From Eledone cirrhosa (lineage: Eukaryota), in NCBI GenBank assembly GCA_964016885.1, contig OZ024741.1, positions 356,934,001 to 356,998,000 of the forward strand: 64,000 bases of DNA, given 5' to 3'. Every line of letters starts with the position of its first letter. Position 1 is the stretch's first letter. The notes beneath the pieces were generated by a model. The model saw only the letters and a list, made by a program, of their open reading frames with translations, was not told where the DNA came from and did no database searches. This document shows positions 28,301-41,500 of the stretch, one piece after another. Both the position numbers and the translations under genes were made by a program.

Positions 28301-31300
28301 GTTACGCAGTCTTCACCACTACCATCAAGACCCCTACTGTTACACAGTCTTCACCACTACCATCAGGACCCCTACTGTTACACAGTCTTCACCACTACCA
28401 TCAGGACCCCTACTGTTACACAGTCTTCACCACTACCATCAGGACCCCTACTGTTCCACAGTCTTCACCACTACCATCAAGACTCCTACTGTTACACAGT
28501 CTTCACCACTACCATCAGGACCCCTACTGTTCCACAGTCTTCACCACTACCATCAAGACTCCTACTGTTACGCAGTCTTCACCACTACCATCAAGACTCC
28601 TACTGTTAAAAAGTCTTCACCACTGCCATCAAGACTCCTACTGATACACAGTCTTCACCACTATCATCAGGACCCCTACTGTTACACAGTCTTTACCGCT
28701 ACCATCAAGACCCCTACTGTTCCACAGTCTTCACCACTACCATCAAGACTCCTACTGTTACGCAGTCTTCACCACTATCATCAAAACCCCTACTGTTACA
28801 CAGTCTTCACCACTACCATCAAGACCCCTACTGTTACACAGTCTTCACTACTACCATCAAGACCCCTACTGTTACACAGTCTTCACCACTACCATCAAGA
28901 CTCCTACTGTTACGCAGTCTTCACCACTATCATCAAAACCCCTACTGTTACACAGTCTTCACCACTACCATCAAGACCCGTACTGTTACACAGTCTTCAC
29001 TACTACCATCAAGACCCCTACTGTTACACAGTCTTCACCACTACCATCAAGACCCCTACTGTTCCACAGTCTTCACCACTACCATCAACATCCCTACTGT
29101 TCCACAGTCTTCACAACCACCATCAAGACCCCTACGGTTACACAGTCTTGACCACTACCATCAAGACCCCTACTGTTACACAGTCTTCACCACTGCCATC
29201 AAGACTCCTACTGTTACACAGTCTTCACCACTACCATCAAGACCCCTACTGTTCCACAGTCTTCACCACTGCCATCAAGACTCCTACTGTTACACAGTCT
29301 TCACCACTGCCATCAAGACCCCTACTGTTACACAGTCTTCAACACTACCATCAAGACCCCTACTGTTCCACAGTCTTCACCACTACCATCAACATCCCTA
29401 CTGTTCCACAGTCTTCACAACCACCATCAAGACCCCTACGGTTACACAGTCTTGACCACTACCATCAAGACCCCTACTGTTACACAGTCTTCACCACTGC
29501 CATCAAGACTCCTACTGTTACACAGTCTTCACCACTACCATCAAGACCCCTACTGTTCCACAGTCTTCACCACTGCCATCAAGACTCCTACTGTTACACA
29601 GTCTTCACCACTGCCATCAAGACTCCTACTGTTACACAGTCTTCACCACTGCCATCAAGACTCCTACTGTTACACAGTCTTCACCACTACCATCAAGACC
29701 CCTACTGTTCCACAGTCTTCACCACTGCCATCAAGACTCCTACTGTTACACAGTCTTCACCACTGCCATCAAGACCCCTACTGTTACACAGTCTTCACCA
29801 CTGCCATCAAGACTCCTACTGTTACACAGTCTTCACCATTACCATCAAGACCCATACTGTTCCACAGTCTTCACCACCACCATCAAGACCCCTACGGTTA
29901 CACAGTCTTCACCACTACCATCAAGACCCCTACTGTTACACAGTCTTCACCACTGCCATCAAGACTCCTACTGTTACACAGTCTTCACCACTGCCATCAA
30001 GACTCCTACTGTTACACAGTCTTCACCACTGCCATCAAGACCCCTACTGTTACACAGTCTTCAACACTACCATCAAGACCCCTACTGTTCCACAGTCTTC
30101 ACCACTGCCATCAAGACTCCTACAGTTACACAGTCTTCACCACTACCATCAAGACCCCTACTGTTACACAGTCTTCACAACCACCATCAAGACCCCTACG
30201 GTTACACAGTCTTCACCACTACCATCAAGACTCCTACTGTTACACAGTCTTCACTATTACCATCAAGACCCCTACTGTTACACAGTCTTCACCACTACCA
30301 TCAAGACCCCTACTGTTCCACAGTCTTCACTATTACCATCAAGACCCCTACTGTTCCACAGTCTTCACCACTGCCATCAAGACTCCTACTGTTACACAGT
30401 CTTCACCACTACCATCAAGACTCCTACTGTTACACAGTCTTCACCACTACCATCAAGACCCCTGCTGCAAGACAGTCTTTACCACTACCATCAATACCCC
30501 TACTGTTACACAGTCTTCACCATTACCATCAAGACCCCTACTGTTCCACAGTCTTCACTACTACCATCAAGACCCCTACTGTTACAGTCTTCACCACTAC
30601 CATCAAGACCCCTACTGTTACACAGTCTTCACCACTGCCATCAAGACTCCTACTGTTACACAGTCTTCACCACTGCCATCAAGACTCCTACTGTTACACA
30701 GTCTTCACCACTGCCATCAAGACCCCTACTGTTACACAGTCTTCAACACTACCATCAAGACCCCTACTGTTCCACAGTCTTCACCACTGCCATCAAGACT
30801 CCTACTGTTACACAGTCTTCACCACTACCATCAAGACCCCTTCTGTTCCACAGTCTTCACCACTGCCATCAAGACTCCTACTGTTACACAGTCTTCACCA
30901 CTGCCATCAAGACCCCTACTGTTACACAGTCTTCAACACTACCATCAAGACCCCTACTGTTCCACAGTCTTCACCACTGCCATCAAGACTCCTACTGTTA
31001 CACAGTCTTCACCATTACCATCAAGACCCATACTGTTCCACAGTCTTCACCACCACCATCAAGACCCCTACGGTTACACAGTCTTCACCACTACCATCAA
31101 GACCCCTACTGTTACACAGTCTTCACCACTGCCATCAAGACTCCTACTGTTACACAGTCTTCACCACTGCCATCAAGACTCCTACTGTTACACAGTCTTC
31201 ACCACTGCCATCAAGACCCCTACTGTTACACAGTCTTCAACACTACCATCAAGACCCCTACTGTTCCACAGTCTTCACCACTGCCATCAAGACTCCTACG

Positions 31301-34300
31301 GTTACACAGTCTTCACCACTACCATCAAGACCCCTACTGTTACACAGTCTTCACAACCACCATCAAGACCCCTACGGTTACACAGTCTTCACCACTACCA
31401 TCAATACCCCTACTGTTACACAGTCTTCACCACTACCATCAAGACCCCTACGGTTACACAGTCTTCACCACTACCATCAAGACCCCTACTGTTACACAGT
31501 CTTCACCACTGCCATCAAGACTCCTACTGTTACACAGTCTTCACCACTACCATCAAGACTCCTACTGTTACACAGTCTTCACCATGGCCATCAAGACCCC
31601 TACTGTTACACAGTCTTCAACACTACCATCAAGACCCCTACTGTTCCACAGTCTTCACCACTGCCATCAAGACTCCTACGGTTACACAGTCTTCACCACT
31701 ACCATCAAGACCCCTACTGTTACACAGTCTTCACAACCACCATCAAGACCCCTACGGTTACACAGTCTTCACCACTACCATCAAGACTCCTACTGTTACA
31801 CAGTCTTCACTATTACCATCAAGACCCCTACTGTTACACAGTCTTCACCACTACCATCAAGACTCCTACTGCTACACAGTCTTCACCGCTACCATCAAGA
31901 CTCCTACTGTTACACAGTCTTCACCACTACCATCAAGACCCCTACTGTTCCACAATCTTCACCACTACCATCAAGATCCCTACTGTTACACAGTCTTCCC
32001 CACTACCATCAAGACTCCTACTGTTACACAGTGTTCACCATTACCATCAAGATCCCTACTGTTACACAGTCTTCACCATTACCATCAAGACTCCTACTGT
32101 TACACAGTCGTCCCCACTACCATCAAGACTCCTACTGTTACACAGTCTTCACCACTACCATCAAGACCCCTACTGTTACACAGTCTTCACCACTACCATC
32201 AAGACCCCTACGGTTACACAGTCTTCACCACTTCCATCAAGACTCCTACTGTTACACAGTGTTCACCATTACCATCAAGATCCCTACTGTTACACAGTCT
32301 TCACCATTACCATCAAGACTCCTACTGTTACACAGTCTTCACCACTGCCATCAAGACTCCTACTGTTACACAGTCTTCACCACTACCATCAAGACCCCTA
32401 CTGTTACACAGTCTTCACCACTGCCATCAAGACTCCTACTGTTACACAGTCTTCACCACTACCATCAAGACTCCTACTGTTACACAGTCTTCACCACTAC
32501 CATCAAGACCCCTGCTGCAAGACAGTCTTTACCACTACCATCAATACCCCTACTGTTACACAGTCTTCACCATTACCATCAAGACCCCTACTGTTCCACA
32601 GTCTTCACTACTACCATCAAGACCCCTACTGTTACAGTCTTCACCATTACCATCAAGACCCCTACTGTTACACAGTCTTCACCACTGCCATCAAGACTCC
32701 TACTGTTACACAGTCTTCACCTCTGCCATCAAGACTCCTACTGTTACACAGTCTTCACCACTGCCATCAAGACTCCTACTGTTACACAGTCTTCACCTCT
32801 GCCATCAAGACTCCTACTGTTACACAGTCTTCACCACTGCCATCAAGACTCCTACTGTTACACAGTCTTCACCTCTGCCATCAAGACTCCTACTGTTACA
32901 CAGTCTTCACCTCTACCATCAAGACCCCTACTGTTACAGTCTTCACCATTACCATCAAGACCCCTACTGTTACACAGTCTTCACCACTGCCATCAAGACT
33001 CCTACTGTTACACAGTCTTCACCTCTGCCATCAAGACTCCTACTGTTACACAGTCTTCACCACTGCCATCAAGACTCCTACTGTTACACAGTCTTCACCA
33101 CTGCCATCAAGACTCCTACTGTTACACAGTCTTCACCTCTGCCATCAAGACTCCTACTGTTACACAGTCTTCACCTCTACCATCAAGACCCCTACTGTTA
33201 CACAGTCTTCACCTCTGCCATCAAGACTCCTACTGTTACACAGTCTTCACCACTGCCATCAAGACCCCTACTGTTACACAGTCTTCAACACTACCATCAA
33301 GACCCCTACTGTTCCACAGTCTTCACCACTGCCATCAAGACTCCTACGGTTACACAGTCTTCACCACTACCATCAAGACCCCTACTGTTACACAGTCTTC
33401 ACAACCACCATCAAGACCCCTACGGTTACACAGTCTTCACCACTACCATCAAGACTCCTACTGTTACACAGTCTTCACTATTACCATCAAGACCCCTACT
33501 GTTACACAGTCTTCACCACTACCATCAAGACCCCTACTGTTCCACAGTCTTCACTATTACCATCAAGACCCCTACTGTTCCACAGTCTTCACCACTACCA
33601 TCAAGACTCCTACTGTTACACAGTCTTCACCACTACCATCAAGACTCCTACTGTTACACAGTCTTCACCACTACCATCAAGACCCCTACTGTTCCACAAT
33701 CTTCACCACTACCATCAAGACTTCTACTGTTCGACAGTCTTCACCATTACCATCAAGACCCCTACTGTTACACAGTCTTCACCACTACCATCAAGACCCC
33801 TACTGTTACACAGTCTTCACCACTACCATCAAGACTCCTACCGTTACACAGTCTTCACCACTGCCATCAAGACTCCTACTGTTCGACAGTCTTCACCACT
33901 ACCATCAAGATCCCTACTGTTACACAGTCTTCCCCACTACCATCAAGACTCCTACTGTTACACAGTGTTCACCATTACCATCAAGACTCCTACTGTTACA
34001 CAGTCTTCACCACTACCATCAAGACTCCTACTGTTACACAGTCTTCACCACTACCATCAAGACTCCTACTGTTACACAGTGTTCACCATTACCATCAAGA
34101 TCCCTACTGTTACACAGTCTTCACCATTACCATCAAGACTCCTACTGTTACACAGTCTTCACCACTACCATCAAGACCCCTACTGTTACACAGTCTTCAC
34201 CACTGCCATCAAGACTCCTACTGTTACACAGTCTTCACCACTACCATCAAGACTCCTACTGTTACACAGTCTTCACCACTACCATCAAGACCCCTGCTGC

Positions 34301-35516
34301 AAGACAGTCTTCACCACTACCATCAAGACCCCTACTGTTACAGTCTTCACCACTACCATCAAGACCCCTACTGTTACAGTCTTCACCACTACCATCAAGA
34401 CTCCTACTGTTAAACAGTCTTCACCACTGCCATCAAGACTCCTACTGTTACACAGTCTTCACCGCTACCATCAAGACCCATACTGTTACACAGTCTTCAC
34501 TACTACCATCAAGAGCCCTACTGTTACACAGTCTTCACCATTACCATCCAGACTACTACTGTTACACGGTCTTCACCATTACCATCAAGACCCTTACTGT
34601 TCCACAGTCTTCACTACTACGATCAAGACCCCATACTGTTACACAGTCTTCACCACTACCATCAAGACCCCCTACTGTTACACAGTCTTCACCACTACCA
34701 TCAAGACTCCTACTGTTACACAGACTTCACCACTACCATCAAGACTCCTGCTGTTCCACAGTCTTCACCACTACCATCAAGATCCCTATTGTTACACAGT
34801 CTTCACCACTACCATCAAGACTCCTACTGTTACACAGTCTTCACCACTACCATCAAGACCCCTACTGTTACACAGTCTTCACCACTACCATCAAGATTCC
34901 TACTGTTACACAGTCTTCACCACTACCATCAAGACCCCTACTGTTACACAGTCTTCACCACTGCCATCAAGACTCCTACTGTTACACAGTCTTCACCACT
35001 ACCATCAAGACCCCTACTGTTACACAGTCTTCACCTCTACCATCAAGACCCCTACTGTTACACAGTCTTCACCACTACCATCAAGACTCCTACTGTTACA
35101 CAGTCTTCACCACTACCATCAAGACTCCTGCCGTTACACAGTCTTCACCATTACCATCAAGACCCCTACTGTTACAGAGTCTTCACCACTACCATCAAGA
35201 CCCCTACTGTTACACAGTCTTCACCACTACCATCAAGACTCCTACTGTTAAACAGTCTTCACCACTGCCATCAAGACTCCTACTCTTACACAGTCTTCAC
35301 CACTACCATCAAGACCCCTACTGTTACACAGTCTTCACCCCTACCATCGAGACCCCTACTGTTACACAGTCTCCACCACTACCATCAAGACTCCTACTGT
35401 TACACAGTCTTCACCATTACCATCAAGACCCCTACTGTTACACAGTCTTCACTGCTACCATCAAGACCCATACTGTTACACATTCTTCACTACTACCATT
35501 AAGACCCCTACTGTAA
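16137..35516 (+). other. Longest stop-free frame (about 19.4 kb; called as a 5,740-aa ORF from GTG 18294); probably a non-coding by-product of the repeat
   Basis: The frame is bounded by TGA 16134-16136 and TAA 35514-35516. The translation is only the cyclic peptide YCYTVFTTTIKTPTVTQSSPLPSRLLLLHSLHHYHQDP, with no unique domain and no ATG at its 5' end. The confidence value refers to it being a real CDS. Confidence 0.07.
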
Positions 35517-38500
35517 CACAGTCTTTACCACTACTATCAAGACCCCTACTGTTCCACAGACTTCACCACTACCATCAAGACTCCTGCTGTTCCACAGTCT
35601 TCACCACTACCATCAAGATCCCTACTGTTATACAGTCTTCACCACTGCCATCAAGACTCCTACTGTTACACAGTCTTCACCACTAGCATCAAGACTCCTG
35701 CCGTTACACAATCTTCACCATTACCATCAAGACCCCTACTGTTACAGAGTCTTCACCACTACCATCAAGACCCCTACTGTTACACAGTCTTCACCACAAC
35801 CATCAAGACTCCTACTGTTACAGAGTCTTCACCACTACCATCAAGACCCCTACTGTTCCACAGTCTTCACCCCTGCCATCAAGACCCCTACTGTTACACA
35901 GTCTCCACCACTACCATCAAGACTCCTACTGTTACACAGTCTTCACCATTACCATCAAGACCCCTACTGTTACACAGTCTTCACCACTGCCATCAAGACC
36001 CCTACTGTTACACAGTCTTCACCACTGCCATCAAGATTCCTACTGTTACACAGTCTTCACCACTACCATCAATACCCCTACTGTTACACAGTCTTTACCA
36101 CTACCATCAATACCCCTACTGTTACACAGTCTTCACCATTACCATCAAGACCCCTACTGTTCCACAGTCTTCACTACTACCATCAAGACCCCTACTGTTA
36201 CAGTCTTCACCACTACCATCAAGACCCCTACTGTTACACAGTCTTCACCACTGCCATCAAGACTCCTACTGTTACACAGTCTTCACCACTACCATCAAGA
36301 CTCCTACTGTTACACAGTCTTCCCCACTACCATCAAGACCCCTACTGTTCCACAGTCTTCACCACTACCATCAAGACCCCTACTGTTACACAGTCTTCAC
36401 AACCACCATCAAGACCCCTACGGTTACACAGTCTTCACCACTACCATCAAGACTCCTACTGTTACACAGTCTTCACTATTACCATCAAGACCCCTACTGT
36501 TACACAGTCTTCACCACTACCATTAAGACCCCTACTGTTCCACAGTCTTCACTATTACCATCAAGACCCCTACTGTTCCACAGTCTTCACCACTACCATC
36601 AAGACTCCTACTGTTACACAGTCTTCACCACTACCATCAAGACCCCTACTGTTCCACAATCTTCACCACTACCATCAAGACTTCTACTGTTCGACAGTCT
36701 TCACCACTACCATCAAGACCCCTACTGTTACACAGTCTTCACCACTACCATCAAGACTCCTACTGTTACACAGTCTTCACCACTGCCATCAAGACTCCTA
36801 CTGTTACACAGTGTTCACCATTACCATCAAGATCCCTACTGTTACACAGTCTTCACCATTACCATCAAGACTCCTACTGTTACACAGTCTTCCCCACTAC
36901 CATCAAGACTCCTACTGTTACACAGTGTTCACCATTACCATCAAGATCCCTACTGTTACACAGTCTTCACCATTACCATCAAGACTCCTACTGTTACACA
37001 GTCTTCACCACTACCATCAAGACCCCTACTGTTACACAGTCTTCACCACTGCCATCAAGACTCCTACTGTTACACAGTCTTCACCACTACCATCAAGACC
37101 CCTACTGTTACACAGTCTTCACCTCTACCATCAAGACTCCTACTGTTACACAGTCTTCACCACTACCATCAAGACCCCTACTGTTACACAGTCTTCACCA
37201 CTGCCATCAAGACTCCTACTGTTACACAGTCTTCACCACTACCATCAAGACCCCTGCTGCAAGACAGTCTTTACCACTACCATCAATACCCCTACTGTTA
37301 CACAGTCTTCACCATTACCATCAAGACCCCTACTGTTCCACAGTCTTCACTACTACCATCAAGACCCCTACTGTTACAGTCTTCACCACTGCCATCAAGA
37401 CTCCTACTGTTACACAGTCTTCACCATTACCATCAAGACTCCTACTGTTACACAGTCTTCACCACTACCATCAAGACCCCTACTGTTACAGTCTTCACCA
37501 CTACCATCAAGACCCCTACTGTTACAGCCTTCACCACTACCATCAAGACTCCTACTGTTAAACAGTCTTCACCACTGCCATCAAGACCCCTACTGTTACA
37601 CAGTCTTCACCACTGCCATCAAGACTCCTACTGTTACACAGTCTTCACCACTGCCATCAAGACCCCTACTGTTACACAGTCTTCAACACTACCATCAAGA
37701 CCCCTACTGTTCCACAGTCTTCACCACTGCCATCAAGACTCCTACAGTTACACAGTCTTCACCACTACCATCAAGACCCCTACTGTTACACAGTCTTCAC
37801 AACCACCATCAAGACCCCTACGGTTACACAGTCTTCACCACTACCATCAAGACTCCTACTGTTACACAGTCTTCACTATTACCATCAAGACCCCTACTGT
37901 TACACAGTCTTCACCACTACCATCAAGACCCCTACTGTTCCACAGTCTTCACTATTACCATCAAGACCCCTACTGTTCCACAGTCTTCACCACTGCCATC
38001 AAGACTCCTACTGTTACACAGTCTTCACCACTACCATCAAGACTCCTACTGTTACACAGTCTTCACCACTACCATCAAGACCCCTGCTGCAAGACAGTCT
38101 TTACCACTACCATCAATACCCCTACTGTTACACAGTCTTCACCATTACCATCAAGACCCCTACTGTTCCACAGTCTTCACTACTACCATCAAGACCCCTA
38201 CTGTTACAGTCTTCACCACTACCATCAAGACCCCTACTGTTACACAGTCTTCACCACTGCCATCAAGACTCCTACTGTTACACAGTCTTCACCACTGCCA
38301 TCAAGACTCCTACTGTTACACAGTCTTCACCACTGCCATCAAGACCCCTACTGTTACACAGTCTTCAACACTACCATCAAGACCCCTACTGTTCCACAGT
38401 CTTCACCACTGCCATCAAGACTCCTACTGTTACACAGTCTTCACCACTACCATCAAGACCCCTTCTGTTCCACAGTCTTCACCACTGCCATCAAGACTCC

Positions 38501-41500
38501 TACTGTTACACAGTCTTCACCACTGCCATCAAGACCCCTACTGTTACACAGTCTTCAACACTACCATCAAGACCCCTACTGTTCCACAGTCTTCACCACT
38601 GCCATCAAGACTCCTACTGTTACACAGTCTTCACCATTACCATCAAGACCCATACTGTTCCACAGTCTTCACCACCACCATCAAGACCCCTACGGTTACA
38701 CAGTCTTCACCACTACCATCAAGACCCCTACTGTTACACAGTCTTCACCACTGCCATCAAGACTCCTACTGTTACACAGTCTTCACCACTGCCATCAAGA
38801 CTCCTACTGTTACACAGTCTTCACCACTGCCATCAAGACCCCTACTGTTACACAGTCTTCAACACTACCATCAAGACCCCTACTGTTCCACAGTCTTCAC
38901 CACTGCCATCAAGACTCCTACGGTTACACAGTCTTCACCACTACCATCAAGACCCCTACTGTTACACAGTCTTCACAACCACCATCAAGACCCCTACGGT
39001 TACACAGTCTTCACCACTACCATCAATACCCCTACTGTTACACAGTCTTCACCACTACCATCAAGACCCCTACGGTTACACAGTCTTCACCACTACCATC
39101 AAGACCCCTACTGTTACACAGTCTTCACCACTGCCATCAAGACTCCTACTGTTACACAGTCTTCACCACTGCCATCAAGACTCCTACTGTTACACAGTCT
39201 TCACCATGGCCATCAAGACCCCTACTGTTACACAGTCTTCAACACTACCATCAAGACCCCTACTGTTCCACAGTCTTCACCACTGCCATCAAGACTCCTA
39301 CGGTTACACAGTCTTCACCACTACCATCAAGACCCCTACTGTTACACAGTCTTCACAACCACCATCAAGACCCCTACGGTTACACAGTCTTCACCACTAC
39401 CATCAAGACTCCTACTGTTACACAGTCTTCACTATTACCATCAAGACCCCTACTGTTACACAGTCTTCACCACTACCATCAAGACTCCTACTGCTACACA
39501 GTCTTCACCGCTACCATCAAGACTCCTACTGTTACACAGTCTTCACCACTACCATCAAGACCCCTACTGTTCCACAATCTTCACCACTACCATCAAGATC
39601 CCTACTGTTACACAGTCTTCCCCACTACCATCAAGACTCCTACTGTTACACAGTGTTCACCATTACCATCAAGATCCCTACTGTTACACAGTCTTCACCA
39701 TTACCATCAAGACTCCTACTGTTACACAGTCGTCCCCACTACCATCAAGACTCCTACTGTTACACAGTCTTCACCACTACCATCAAGACCCCTACTGTTA
39801 CACAGTCTTCACCACTACCATCAAGACCCCTACGGTTACACAGTCTTCACCACTTCCATCAAGACTCCTACTGTTACACAGTGTTCACCATTACCATCAA
39901 GATCCCTACTGTTACACAGTCTTCACCATTACCATCAAGACTCCTACTGTTACACAGTCTTCACCACTGCCATCAAGACTCCTACTGTTACACAGTCTTC
40001 ACCACTACCATCAAGACCCCTACTGTTACACAGTCTTCACCACTGCCATCAAGACTCCTACTGTTACACAGTCTTCACCACTACCATCAAGACTCCTACT
40101 GTTACACAGTCTTCACCACTACCATCAAGACCCCTGCTGCAAGACAGTCTTTACCACTACCATCAATACCCCTACTGTTACACAGTCTTCACCATTACCA
40201 TCAAGACCCCTACTGTTCCACAGTCTTCACTACTACCATCAAGACCCCTACTGTTACAGTCTTCACCATTACCATCAAGACCCCTACTGTTACACAGTCT
40301 TCACCACTGCCATCAAGACTCCTACTGTTACACAGTCTTCACCTCTGCCATCAAGACTCCTACTGTTACACAGTCTTCACCACTGCCATCAAGACTCCTA
40401 CTGTTACACAGTCTTCACCTCTGCCATCAAGACTCCTACTGTTACACAGTCTTCACCACTGCCATCAAGACTCCTACTGTTACACAGTCTTCACCTCTGC
40501 CATCAAGACTCCTACTGTTACACAGTCTTCACCTCTACCATCAAGACCCCTACTGTTACAGTCTTCACCATTACCATCAAGACCCCTACTGTTACACAGT
40601 CTTCACCACTGCCATCAAGACTCCTACTGTTACACAGTCTTCACCTCTGCCATCAAGACTCCTACTGTTACACAGTCTTCACCACTGCCATCAAGACTCC
40701 TACTGTTACACAGTCTTCACCACTGCCATCAAGACTCCTACTGTTACACAGTCTTCACCTCTGCCATCAAGACTCCTACTGTTACACAGTCTTCACCTCT
40801 ACCATCAAGACCCCTACTGTTACACAGTCTTCACCTCTGCCATCAAGACTCCTACTGTTACACAGTCTTCACCACTGCCATCAAGACCCCTACTGTTACA
40901 CAGTCTTCAACACTACCATCAAGACCCCTACTGTTCCACAGTCTTCACCACTGCCATCAAGACTCCTACGGTTACACAGTCTTCACCACTACCATCAAGA
41001 CCCCTACTGTTACACAGTCTTCACAACCACCATCAAGACCCCTACGGTTACACAGTCTTCACCACTACCATCAAGACTCCTACTGTTACACAGTCTTCAC
41101 TATTACCATCAAGACCCCTACTGTTACACAGTCTTCACCACTACCATCAAGACCCCTACTGTTCCACAGTCTTCACTATTACCATCAAGACCCCTACTGT
41201 TCCACAGTCTTCACCACTACCATCAAGACTCCTACTGTTACACAGTCTTCACCACTACCATCAAGACTCCTACTGTTACACAGTCTTCACCACTACCATC
41301 AAGACCCCTACTGTTCCACAATCTTCACCACTACCATCAAGACTTCTACTGTTCGACAGTCTTCACCATTACCATCAAGACCCCTACTGTTACACAGTCT
41401 TCACCACTACCATCAAGACCCCTACTGTTACACAGTCTTCACCACTACCATCAAGACTCCTACCGTTACACAGTCTTCACCACTGCCATCAAGACTCCTA

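Noticed and set aside
18294-35516. Mucin-like PTS tandem-repeat exon
   Set aside because: Mucin VNTR units are normally multiples of 3 and hold one Thr/Ser/Pro frame. Here the unit is 38 bp with 36/37/39-bp variants and cycles through Leu/His/Cys registers. No flanking exon or mucin domain is visible.
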